From: Cycas panzhihuaensis | Taxonomy: Eukaryota; Plantae; Cycadophyta | Direction: 5' to 3' | Length of the DNA: 64,000 nt | NCBI GenBank assembly: GCA_023213395.1 | Contig: CM041465.1 | Span: 91,023,741-91,087,740, forward strand | Shown here: piece after piece, positions 26,576-39,900 of the stretch | How positions within the stretch are numbered: the stretch's first letter is position 1 | Layout: each line of letters opens with the position of its first letter | The notes under the pieces: generated by a model | What the model was told of the DNA's origin: nothing | Databases searched by the model: none | The model's input: only the letters and a program-made list of their open reading frames with translations | Program-made: the position numbers and the translations under genes

Positions 26576-29500
26576 TGATCTGAATTTTAAATGGGAAAGT
26601 GAAGACTTTAACCAATTGAAACAAAATCTAGAACAATTTATATTATTATTACATAGAATTAAAAATAGTTAGAATTTTCTTACAAAACTCCTTTTGTTTG
26701 TGCTCTATTGAGCATGCAAGAGACTGCTACGACGTTTTGGGAGAGAGAAATTGAGTGCTGGGCACTCCTTGAGCTGCTACTCGTTCTTTGGAACCTCCGT
26801 CTTCGAAGTCTACACAACGTTTTTGGTTGTTGATTACCAAAAACCTCTTTTTGGTGAAGAAATCTAGCTAGCGTCTCTTTCTGGGACTATTGCTACTGCT
26901 GTTTTCTCCACTCGGCTGCAACTACGATCTTTCGGACTCCTTCACAATCCCCACAATAGGTTTATTCTGTTGCATTTCCGTCTTCTTCTCTCTCAACGTA
27001 GATTTCAGTCTTTGGAGCCGTTGTCTTTTCGGAAAGCGATTTTTGAGACTCTCCTCGAATCTTGCTCTGTACTGCGTCTAAGGCTGCGGCGTCCTCTTTT
27101 TCCTGTAAAAAAATCTCTGTCCAATTCCCCCTTGTTCCTCTCCAGATTTTTGCTTAAAAGCATTTTCATTTGCAAGAGGTTTTTCCGTTTTTCCGTTTTT
27201 CAACGGATTCCAAAAAAGCTTATAAAATCTTGGAAAAATCCTTCTAATTTGGAGGTTTTTCTCTTTTAATGTGTAGAGGACACGTGTGCGTAGTCTCTCA
27301 TCAAATTTTGTGCAAAACGGATCCCGTTTGCACTGCCAAAATCATTTCTGTTTTTATTATTTTTTCGTTTTTTGACTTTTAGATAATAGTTACCTTAGTT
27401 GCAGTAGCAGTTGCCGCAGTTGCAGTAGTAGTTGTAGCAACTGTTGCACCTACAGTAATAATCGTAGCACCCACGAATAATCGTAGCACTGCGTAGTGAT
27501 CAAGCGTAGCACCTATTTACACTTGTAGAAATACATTTTTTACATTTTTTAAAGCCTTTTAAAGGCATTTTTCTACTAAATGAAGACTATTTAAGCCTTT
27601 TTAAGGCATTTTTCTACTACATAAAGACCATTAATAAGAAAAACAAGGTATTTTAAGAGTATTAATGATCTGAAAATGGATCAAAACTCCCATTTTTTTT
27701 TAGGAGTTCATGGCCTCATGAACTTTATAGTTGTAGATGAGGGAATTTGATTTTCCCTATCTCCTTATTGTACCATTTTGCTTTGCTAAGTACTTGTCCT
27801 TTCTCTGTAATTCTGAAGGACTCGATTATGCCTCTTCGAGTCTTGGTCTGCTTCCTTTGAAGAATGCAATCATTTTGCATTGGTTCCTCTTTCTCTACCC
27901 ACAACTCCTCTGCATTTGGTAAGAGTGGAACTCTGTCTTCATCTTCATCCAACATGGATGGCTCGAACATCTTCAGATTCTCAACATTCACTATGAAATA
28001 CATCTTCATGAATTCTGGAAGTTCAAGCTGGAAAGCATTTTCCCCAATTTTCTTCAAGATTATAAAAAGACCATATCGTAAAGGCTTTAGCTTTTTGCCT
28101 TCACCTTGCAATCTTTTCTTATTGAGGTGCAACCAAACTCTATCTCCTTCCTTAAAGGAATAGCTGGTTCTATGTGCATCATACTACTGCTTGTATCTCT
28201 TGTTGAGATTTTTGAAGCTGCTCTTCAACTTGTTGATGGATTTTTTTTATTCTTTCCAAGAATCTTTGTGCCTTTTCATCTCCTTCTTCCTCCTTTCCAT
28301 TTCCTATAGAAAATTGAGCAGAAAATTCTAAATCGAAAGGACTTGCATGCAGAAATCCTAAACATACCTCAAATGGTGATTTATGGGTTGAGCTATGGAT
28401 ATCTCTATTGAATGGAAATTGTAAGTATGGGAGACTTTCATCCTAAGTCTTAGGATGCTTGGCATTATATATGTCCTGTTGATAACTTCAGTCTAGCCGT
28501 CTGTTTGAGGATGAAAAACTGTGCTCATCTTTAGCTTCGTATCCATCATTCTCCAAAGTGTTTGCCAAAAATGACTCAGAAATCTGCTGTCTCGATCAGA
28601 AATGGTTGAGTTGGGAAGTCTAAAATACTTCCAAATAGGCTGGAAAAATAATCTAGCTATGCCTTCTCCTGTATGTGTCTTCCTACAAGGAATCAACATC
28701 ACCATTTTACTGAACCGATCAACAACTACAAACAAATAATCCATACCATTTTTGGTTTGTGGTAGTCCTCCCAGGAAATCCATGGAGATACTTTCCCACA
28801 GTCGTGATGGAACAGGAAGTGGAATGTACAATCCAAACTTCCTATTGGCCAGCTTTGATGTGCTACATAATGTATACCCTTGTACTGCTATAGTCACATC
28901 TTGTTGCATGTTTGGCCAATACATATATCACTGCAAGTTTAGCAACATCTTTCCCACTCCAAAGTGTCCTACAACTCGAGAGGTGTGAGCTTCTCTTATC
29001 CACTTCATTCGGTCTGCATGCTTTAGAATGCAAAGCTTGTCTTGCTTGCAAAGAAGTCCATCTTTCAATTGGAAATCAACAACTATTTTTCCTTGCTGTA
29101 GCTGCTCAAAGATAGGCTTGAATGCCTCATCTTTCAAATACAAATCAACATATTCATTATGACAGAAAGGTTGAAATTGCATAGCTACCAACAAACTGGA
29201 ATTACCTTGCTGTTGAGGAGGTCTGGACAACAAGTTTGCAATCTTATTCGTCGTTCAACCACGATGTGAGACTGCTGCAAATAGGACATCCACTTCATGT
29301 GCCTAGCCTGCTGTAATTTGGACTGAGTCTGCAAAAATTGCAAAGGCTTGTGGTCGGTGTGGATGACCCCTTCTTTTCCTAACAAATATGGTCTCCAATG
29401 CTTCACTGCTTGGTGTAATGCATAGAGCTCCTTATCGTAAGTTGGGTAGTTTATGATAGCTCCATTAAATGTCTCTGAATGGTATGCTATCGATTTTCCT

Positions 29501-32500
29501 TCTTGCTTCAATACTGCTCCCATGGCATAGCCTGAAGCATCAATCTCCAATTCAAATGGCTTCTGCAGCAAGGGTAAATCTAACACTGGTGCCTCACAAA
29601 TTTTCTACTTCAAAAGCCTGAAAGCTTTTTCTTGTTCATTCTCCTAATGAAACTTTGCATGTCATCCCGTCAATGCATAAAGAGGTGCTGCAATTTGAGA
29701 GAATCTGAAAATAAATTTTCTTAAATATTAACATGCACTAATGAAACTTCTTACCTCTGTGGTTGTCTTGGGTGTGGGCCAATTGAGAATGACTTTAATC
29801 TTTGTTGGGTTAATCTTCAATTCTCCTCCTCCAACCACAAAACCTAAGAAGGCGAGAGATTGTTTTCCAAACTCACATTTCTTTAGATTGAGTTTCAACT
29901 GCTGCTCTTAGAGAACTTTGAGCATTTGCTCGACATGTTGGAGGTGCTCCTCCCATGTATGGCTAAAAATTAGAATATCATCTAGATAAACAATTACAAA
30001 GTCATCAATGAAGGGTCTTAATACTTCATTCATCAACCTCATGAAGGTGGTAGGTGCATTGCACAGACCAAACGGCATCACCAACCATTCGAACAATCCT
30101 TGCTTTGATTTGAAGGCTGTCTTCTAAGTATCCTCCTCTTAGATTCGAACCTGATGGTAGCCTGATTTCAAGTCTATTTTGCTGAAATATCTTGTCGATT
30201 GCAGCTGGTCCAATAAGTCATCTATCCATGGTAGGGGATGTCTATTCTTTATGGTGATCTTGTTGAAAGCCCGGTAGTCAATGCACATTCTCCATTCTCC
30301 ATCTTTCTTTGGCACCAAAACAATAGGTGATCCACATAGGGAACAACTTGGCTTGATCACTCCTTGTTCCAAGAGTTCTTGAATCTACCTCTTAATCTCT
30401 TCATTCTCTAAAACTGAGTTTCAGTAGAGACTAAGATTTGGCAAAGGTGAATCAACAACCAGCTGGATTTCATGTTCAATTGCCCTTTTAGGGGGCAACC
30501 CTTTCAGGTCTTGGAATACGTCACTGTACTTATTCCTTAGGCCTTCAATCTGCTGCACTTGCTTCCTATCCAGTGCCTGTATTGAGGACTCTGCTTGCTC
30601 GTTTTCTTCCACCTTTGGCTTTATCATCAGCAGCACAAACTTCCTACAAGCATTAATTAATCTTTTTACTTTTTGGGAAGATATTAGAGAAATCTTCTTT
30701 TGTAGCTTTGATGCATTGATCAGATATGATCTCCCGTCCTTGATGAGTCGAATCTTTCTCAGCCTCCTGTGATGAACTCCATCTCTATCATAGAGATATG
30801 GGCTGCCAAACACAACTTGACAAACATCCAAAGGGACTACCTCACATTCAACTTCATCAATGAACTTTTCAGAAATTACAAATTTAAACTTACATTGGTG
30901 AGTAACCTGCAACTCTAAATCTTTTTGCAACCATCCAAGAGGATATGGTTTTGGATGTGCATGTATTTTAATCGGTTTCTTTACCAATGCTTCTGAGATT
31001 AAATTCTTTTGGCTTCTTCCATCAAAGATGGCATCAACCATGCTTTGCTTTACTTGGATTCTTACCATGAAGAGCTCCTTTCTAATCTTTGGATCAACTT
31101 GCTGATGGTTACTTTAAAGCTCCGCATTAGCCATGAGCATCAACTTCTCATTGGCTTCTTCAATGCCACAAACATTTTCATCACCTACTGAGTTAAGTAA
31201 AGTTTTACCTTCAGTTTTAACTTTATCTTTCCCCTTATTCTTGGGTCATTTCTCTGGGTGTAGAAACCAACAATCTTCTATGCTGTGACCCGCTCGCTTG
31301 CAATGAGTACAAGTGATTTTGATTTGGGTGGTATTGGCTTGTTTCATCTTGCCAAAACCCTTAATGGATTGTTGTCAAACTTTACCTGGAAACCTCATTC
31401 ATCGGGCAGGTTTGTTGCTACCTTCTAGAGGTGCAAACCTTTTCCTTTCGGTAAAAACCTTCCTGTTCCTCTTTTCTATGGCAATCGCCTTCTTGCTAGC
31501 TTCCTTGAGCGATTTAACTTCAAACAATTGAAGTTTTTGCTGAATATGCTGGTGCAGTCCTCCAATATATTTCAGCATCATATCTTTACCCAGTAAAGAG
31601 ATGCCCAACACAACAACTTGCTTTTGAAATTCTGTTGTATAATCTTGGACATTTGGCCTCTTTCCTATTGGTAATATTGCCATTTAATCCTCTGTTGCTC
31701 TTCATACCCAATAGGATAGAATTGCTTCTTTATGAGGATTTTAAATTATTGCCAAGTGATTTCATTTATATTATGGGATTTAAGGTATGCATACCACTAA
31801 ACTGATACATGCTTAGACAATTTTAACCTAGCAAAAGTGATTTTTTGTTGGTTTTTATACCCATAAATAGAAAAGCATGTTTCTAGTTAGTCCAACTAAC
31901 CATCTAATTTTTCAGCATCTAAAGTTCCATCATAGATAGGCAATTCAAGTTTTGCCTCTACCTTGAATGGATGTGTAAATACTACTGTATTGTCATCTTC
32001 ATCATTTTCTTGTTGGTCTTCTACTAGCTCTTCATTCATTTCCTCTTTCATCGGTTCATCATCTTCTTTCTTTATGCCTTTGGCTGTTGAAGAAGAAGTT
32101 GCAACTAGTTGCGCCATAAGTTGGGTTAGCCTATTAAGGTTTTGCTCAATTTTCACGAACCTTTCTTCAATTTTCTGCTCCGGATCAGCCATCTTCCTTC
32201 GCTGTTTTCTTTCTTTCTCTAGAGGTTTGGTTAAAGGTTCACCCATTAACAGATATTGATATCTAGTTTTCATAAAAACTTCCACAATGAAAGCAAGAGG
32301 ATTTTTTTTCTCTTTTTCTTTTCCTTCTTTTTCTTTAAAATCCCTAAGTTCCCAAGGGTTTCAAGAAAACTAGCTCTGATACCAAAATATTGATCTGAAT
32401 TTTGAATGGGAAAGTGAAGACTTTAACCAATTGAAACAAAATCTAAAACAATTTACATTATTATTACATAGAATTGAAAATATTTAGAATTTTCTTACAA

Positions 32501-33443
32501 CACTCCTTTTGTTTGTGCTCTATTGAGCATGCAAGGGACTGCTACAACGTTTTGGGAGAGAGAAACTGAGTGTTGGGCGCTCCTTGAGCTGCTACTCGTT
32601 CTTTGGAACCTTCGTCTTTGAAGTCTGCAAAATATTTTTGGTTGTTGATTACCAAAAATCTCTTTTTGGTGAAGAAATCTGGCTAGCGTCTCTTTCTGGG
32701 ACTACTGCTACTGCTGTCTTCTCCACTCGGCTATAACTACGATCTTCCGGGCTCCTTCATGATCCCCGCAACAGGTTTATTCTGCTGTATTTCCGTCTTC
32801 TTCTCTCTCAATATAGATTTCAGTCTTTTGAGCTGTTCTCTTTCTAGAAAGCAATTTTTGAGACTCTCCTCGAATCTTGCTCTGTACTGCATCTAGAGTT
32901 GCGGTGTCCTCATTTTCCTGTCAAAAAATCTCTTTCCAATTCCCCCTTGTTCCTCTCTAGATTTTCGCTTAAAAGCATTTTCATTTGCAAGAGGTTTTTC
33001 CGTTTTCCAACGGATTCCAAAACAGCTTATAAAATCTTGGAAAAATCCTTTTAATTTAGAGGTTTTCCTCTTTCAATGTGTAGAGGATACATGTGCGTAG
33101 TCTCTCCTCAAATTTCATGCGAAAGGATCCTGTTTGCGCCATCAAAATCATTTTCGTTTTTATTATTTTTCTATTTTTTGACTTTTAGGTAGCAGTTGCC
33201 TCGATTGCGATGTGATTGCAGCGATTCTGATGTGATTGCACCTGTAGTAGCAATCGTAGCACTTGCGTAGCAGTCGTAGCACCTATTTGCACATGTAGAA
33301 ATACATTTTTTAAGCCTTTTAAAGAAAATTTTCTACTAAATGAAGACTATTTAAGCCTTTTTAAGGCATTTTACTACTACATAAAGACCATTAATAAGAA
33401 AAACAAGGTATTTTAAGAGTATTAAAGATCTGAAAACGGATCA
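26576..33443 (-). mobile_element. Element F: full-length Ty3/gypsy chromovirus, CRM-like
   Basis: LTRs 26576-27683 and 32391-33443 with TGATC...GATCA termini. Perfect TSD ATCCT (26571-26575 / 33444-33448). Met PBS reverse complement at 32373-32384. Confidence 0.95.
27725..32285 (-). pseudogene. Element F gag-pol (disrupted)
   Basis: LELPIYDGTLDAEKLD gag; AIFDGRSQKNLIS PR; [27 protein letters not shown]; EIDASGYAMGAVL RNase H; ISMDFLGGLP, ISDRD INT; KLKPLRYG; degenerate chromodomain-like C terminus. Confidence 0.93.
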
Positions 33444-34245
33444 ATCCTTTGCTCATTTCTAATAGTTAGAGAGCAGAGTGGAGTAGGATAAATTAATCTA
33501 TTATGCCAAAAAAATTTAACATAATTCCAAAAATTGGTGGTGTTGACAAACACTAGGGTATTATGCCCTTAATATTTATAGATAGGGAGTCAGACGGGAG
33601 CCCACCTCAACTAACATTATTTTAAAATTAAAATAATAATAAAACATCAAATAAAATAAACTTACATTAGCATATGTCGGTTATAATTAGCTATAGGATG
33701 ACCCACATACTTCCAATGTAACTTTTACACTTTAATATAAGGTAATGAATATTAGACTAACATTCTTCCCCATAATGTTCATTATGTGTAACTCCAAACT
33801 TTTCTCTGAATTTATAGAATTTAAATTTTTGAAAAAACTTAAGAAAGATAGTTACTGGGTGTTCTTTTATTTTGTAATAGATGAGTTTAATATCACCATC
33901 TTGTATTAATACTTTTACAATGTAGGCCTTTTAAAGAATGTGAGGTTCATATGGTTCCCAAACTTGACTTGAAAGGGTGTAATATACGATATTAGAGCAT
34001 GTGAGTATCTTTTCAAAGTTGATAGCAAACATAATTGTTGGTTGACCTTTGTCTTTCTCAATCTTTGCCTTGTAGAGATTATCTTCTTTGTTGAAGTCGT
34101 TTAGGTCAATAGTACACACAATATTGTTGTCTTGTTCTTACATTTATCCCACTGATAGTAGGTCTTCATATGACATGTTATTAATGTATCTAGTTTCTTT
34201 TAATTCAATAATGATGGAGATATTGCCCTTCTCAATAGTTGTGGC

Positions 34246-34551
34246 TCCCCTATAAATTATTTCCAAGGTGTCCTATGCCTTTTTAGACATGGTCATTTCA
34301 CTTATATTAGAAAATATGTGGTCATCTAAGGTACAAAATATTAACACTAATGCTTCATTATCTTTCTTCACATTTTCTTTAAAGGTCTGTTCCTCATTCC
34401 AAGCAGCATTATTACCTAAATCAATGTAACTATCATTCATAAATTTCTAAAGATTTTTAATAATAAAAAATAATTTCATCAATTGATTCCATAGTGAAAA
34501 GTTAGTTCTATCAAATATAGGTATTATCATATTATCAAGACTTATTACTAT
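34246..34551 (-). pseudogene. Truncated copia-type gag N terminus of element C
   Basis: Reverse strand reads IVISLDNMIIPIFDRTNFSLWNQLM...KENVKKDNEALVLIFCTLDDHIFSNISEMTMSKKA*DTLEIIYRG, clearly homologous to the 59538-59855 ORF. Confidence 0.85.
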
Positions 34552-36966
34552 TATGTTTAAAAAAGAGTTTTATTCAAATGTTCCCAAAGTATAGTTTTGA
34601 AATAATATGTCATATTCTTTAAAAAGGTTGTTAGGCTTTAAATTTATATGTCTCTAAAGAAGCCTTCGGTTGTTATTCTATTTAATGACACATACCTATA
34701 AGTGGCAAATCGGGAACCCAATATAGTGGTACGTGAGTGCTAGGCTTTATATACCTTAGTATCTAGGCTAGAAAGAAGGTACAAGATCCTCCATAACTTA
34801 TTGACCTACTTATACCAGACTTATGCCTAACGATAGATCTAGTAATGATGGCTTAACAACTAAAGGTACTCACCCTCTCCAGGTCTAGCCTTAGTCTCTA
34901 AACTCTAGAAAAAAGATTAGTTTCTCATATCAACCTACTACTTAACACACCTGATAACCAATGACATTCCTCATCCAATATGAGTAGGCCAATGGCGTAT
35001 GTGTGGTGGTAACTTTAGGAGTCCTAATCATTTTCCTTGTAAGTCTAGAAAATACGAGGTTCTTTCAAGAGTTAATCTTGTTTAATATGAAAATATATTT
35101 TATTATGGTCTTACTTAGCAAATAAGATTCATTCTTAATCAATAAATGAAAATAACTTAACAATAAAATGAAAGATACATCTCTTTAAATGAAACTAATA
35201 TAAGATGAATGCATCTTTTTGAATGAAATGTACATAAAACAAGTAAGATTTTAAAATGATACAAATAAGTTTTAAAATAATATGAAATGAAAAGAAAATG
35301 AAGTAGCATTTGAATGAGCTTTAAACATGTAATAAGATACACTCTAAGTGAAATTTTAAATGCAATAGAGGAACCTTAATTAATCTTTAGAATAAATTTT
35401 AATAAAGAGACAAGATAATCAATAAATAATGAGCAAAGTGAACCTAATATGAGCTTCAACACAAAGATGAATAAGTTGAAGATAAATTTAAAAATAAATG
35501 GGCTTTTAAGATACAACAAATACATTTTATATGAGATTTTAAGGTGCAAAGAGATAGCTTTATATGTACTTTGAAATATGCTTTGAAAAATGAAGTAAAT
35601 TGACCCTTAAATAAGTTAAATGAACTTAATACGAGCTTTAAAATAAAATGAATGATCTAAAAAATGAACTAACAACTTTAAAGTAAAGTTATCTAGAGTA
35701 TAAATGGTACTTATTTACGAAAATAACATCCATAAATCTTCTTCTCCTTTAAGAGGTTAAATTTCATTAAAAGTTATAAAAAAAAAGATATGAACCTTTA
35801 AAAATCAGATGAAATCAGTTAAAGATCGATTAATATCTCAATAAAATATAAATATGTTTGAATAGAATAATTAAATAACTCAAGAATATTAAAAAAAACT
35901 TAGACTTAGGTCAAATGGAATAGCTAATTTTAGCAGCCTCAAACTCCTAAAAGACAACTTCAAATCATTATAAAAATAACTTTAATACAGAGATTATCAA
36001 ATTAGCTTTCCAACAAATCTAACCATTCAAGAAATGGACTCTTGGATCAAACGTTATAGGCAAAATCGTAAGGTCACCTTCTTGTGGTGGAAAAACCGAA
36101 CAGGGAGGAGAGGGGGTTTAAGCCCCTTTCAATGAAGCCCCTAGTCACCTAGAGGGCTCAAAAGACTAGCCGTTGGCCTACAAAGGGGCTAGCAAACCCT
36201 AAACTTTATAAAAGATAATTAAATATCTTTAAAACATAATTTATTAAAAGTAACCTAAAAATTTTTAAATCTGAGTCTCTTTTACCAAAAAACCATGGTT
36301 ACGTGAAAGGTCAATATAACCGAGATTGAGGGTTAAATAGGTTAGAATCCAAAGATTATCAAATTAAATTGACTTTTTTAAAACATTATAACATTATATT
36401 AAATAAAGCAAATTAAAAAATAATAAAAACAAATGGATTTCAAAATGCGTTGGCCGTGCATAGGCCAAAACTTCAATCGCTTAGAAGTCCATGGATATTA
36501 ATTAGATCTACATGAAAATTTAGAGACAAAGGTGTAAGACCAAGATAGAGACACCTCTAAAAGTTTATAAAGAATGGTGGTCAAATGAGAGAGTTTCAAA
36601 TGAAACTTTAGCACATGGCTGAAATTACTAAGAGGGCTCATTTGGCTCACATAAGTGATAGATTGAGATAAAATTTTAGAGGTAGCTGGAGATGTCTATT
36701 GCAGAGGTAAAAGTCAAATTTCATAGGATTTTGATAAGTACAAATAGAGAATAGATAATTTTATAGAAACAACTTGGGGTTTGAACAGACATTGGGAGAG
36801 AGAGTGCTTCTAGAGGCAATTTCTCACTATAAGAGCGACAAAATTTGAAACTGTCTTTTTTGGAATGGAGCCAACTCAGAGAGCTTCCAAACGAATGGTC
36901 ACTCAATATGATTTGGATTAGTGTGGAGAATGAACCAGCCAAATGAAGTCTAAGTTTCTTAAAAAA

Positions 36967-39900
36967 TGTTAACATAGTAGTTAATTATTAAGCCATTATA
37001 TTAATGCTAATGTGGTTTAACTAAGATGATTAAGTGAAAAGGTGCGACTTATTTAAAGGGTCATAACCCTAATCGGGTGACACCTCTTAGCAGAGTATAA
37101 AAGCCTTAAGGCATTGTATATTCAACGTATCAAGCCATTGTGAAATAATCAATGTGATCCATCAAAGATCCTTTTGTGGTGGGTTTTTTTCTTGAAAGGG
37201 TTTTCCCATATAAATCTTGTTTATTGTGCATCTATTTTCTGTGTGTACTCTTGTTTGCTTGTTGTTTATGGTTAAAGATTATGTGGATGGGAATATTTAT
37301 GTATGATTTCATATTCCTAAACATGGTATCAGACCCGTAGGGTCCTACATAATTAAAGCCTGACATTGAGTGGAGCGGTGAGATTGTTGGTTGCCAGGTG
37401 AAGCCATCAAACCTAGAACTTGTTCTCATGGTCCATCATCTCTAGCAATATACAAAAGTGAGTACAGTATATCAGTGGTGGTTGAAGCAGTAAAAATCAT
37501 TATTCAACAGAGCATAAGGGTTTCTTAGAGTCAATATTCAGGTGTGAAGACCACGTTTGTGGTATGAGTTGGCTCGTTGGGAGCCATCTGAAGCTGGTTG
37601 AGGATCTATTGTAGAGATTTAAGCTAATAGAGCACGTACTGATGGTGATTTAATGGCTTTGAGGACAACTGCGCATGTGTACAAGTAAGTCCTTTATACT
37701 TCTTATCAAAATATTAAAAAGTTAATAAAGAAGAGCTATTTTTTGCATACTGCCTATTGCCAAACCTCCGTGTAGTACCTGTGGACATGATTGAAGCTTG
37801 TATTGATAGTTTTTTTGTCTAGGTGTTGGATTAATGTTTACAGTAGTAGAAGATATTTCTCTATATTTTTTAGAGTATTAGAGACTTGTGTGCATAAATA
37901 GAGCCCAAAACAACCATATAGAGGTTGGCTAGGTATTTATTAACATGCCTAGGCATGTTTGAAAGCTAGTTGGGCCATGTAGATGCAATTTTGACTCCTT
38001 TAAGTGTTGGCTGGGTGGATTATAAGTTGATTGGTTGCTAATCATGTTGTTTGGGTATAACTTATGTATGAGGGCCTTTGTGTATATAACCATGTGACTG
38101 GTTGAGCCCATTGTAGCCTTGTCTATACCCGTTGGGCTATACAAAGTGTGGATGGGCTATTCATTTCCCTCCTTACTAACTACTTGTTTGTGTGGGAGGT
38201 TGCCCATTTATAGAGAAGATCACATATCCACGGGATGTCTGTGTTAAGCTTGTGGCTGTTACATATTTGATCCATCTTATGGAGATATGAAGGATTGTAT
38301 TTGATGTATTTTACTAAGCGTTGAACTTAGTAATACATTAATATCATTTGCAACTAATCTAAAAGTAGTGGGTTTAGTGATAAACAAACAAACTTTTTAA
38401 AAAGGCGCATTAGTTGGGATTATGCCTTTTGACATATTCCCCTCAATGAAAAAATATAAAAAGTGACCCTTTATACTATTGATATATGATATTTCTTTAT
38501 AGTGTGAAGTAATTGAAGCCTTCTTGAGTTGTTTTGAGCATGGATCGAAGAGTATTTTTGTGTTTTGACTTGGAGACCGTGCATAATAGCTGTGTGGAGC
38601 CATCCTTTATTCTTGGAGTGCCATTTTAAGTGCTTTGAGGGTAATTTTTTGACTCCTTTAAGGGTATTTAAAGGTGTTTGTTAGCCATTTATGAGGGAAA
38701 ATAGTTAGTGATTCACTCAACGTGTGTATAGTCAGTGTTTGGTGCCCTCTAGAGCATACCCTTGAGCTAGAGGAGGACACATGGGTGCTTTTTTATCTTG
38801 AAAACATTCATTTTAGTGTTGTTTAACTTATATTGAAGGTTGTTTCTTGAGATGGAGCACATTATGCCTAAGATTATCTTTAACAATAACAATTTTAGTG
38901 AATAGAAGGCCAATATGGAGCTCATTTTGATGGTGAATCAACTTTGGGGTATCACTAGGGCGAAGGTGGATGCGATTCCACTAGACCATAAAGAGTGTAT
39001 TCATCTCGAAGAGAAGAAATTTATGGTTGTGGGACTGTTGAAGCTATCACTAGCGCCAGACTAGAGAGATTTGGTTTATAATATGGATGAACTAGATGAA
39101 ATTTGGACAAAGTTGTGTGAAACCTTTGAAAAGAAGAAGATGAATAGACACCTTGATCTAATGTTGGAGTTGCTCAATTCACGTGTAGAAGATAAGAACA
39201 ACATCAACTCCTACCTTAATAAAATAACAGACTTAAAGAACAAGCTAGAAGAACTGAAGTAGAACTCAATTGATGATGCATTGTTATTTGTAATAATCAT
39301 ATTAAAGCTGGCAGCTATAGTTACCACTTTCTAGACCATTTATGGTAAAGACGAAGTGATGGAAGCATAAATGTTTGATAGGCTTAAAAACCTAATTCTA
39401 GCAGAGGATGCCAAGCTTAAACATCATAGAATGCTTGGAGGTTATGATTCAGGTCAGGTCCTAGCCATGAAAACTAAGAAGAAGGAGGCTATTAAGGAAG
39501 AGAAGATCATATAGAGGTCAGGAGAAAGTTCACAAGACAAGAAGAAGTTCAATGGAAAATGTAATTACTACAAGAAGGATGGTCATTGTGAAAAGAACTA
39601 TTGGTTCAAGCATCATGACAAGCGCAAAGTTAATCAGGACACTAAAAGGAAGAGCATCTACTCATTGCATTAGAGTACAAATCTTATTAGCTGAGTTAGA
39701 TCGAAGAGATTATTAGGTGTTTGACTCTGGAGCACAGAAGCATATCTCTTACCAGAGGTGAAACTTTGATACGATGACTGAAAATCAGAGTGGTGCTAAA
39801 ATTATCCTTGGAGATATTTGCATCTTGCCAGCAGAAGATATTGATGAAGTATCTATTACATGAGGTAAATTTATTAAGCTATATTATATATGTAAGATGC

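Noticed and set aside
26890-27269. ORFs in the F LTR
   Set aside because: Chance frames in LTR sequence with no recognisable protein motifs.
34680-35050. Possible SINE inside element C
   Set aside because: No A/B boxes, tail or TSD could be identified.
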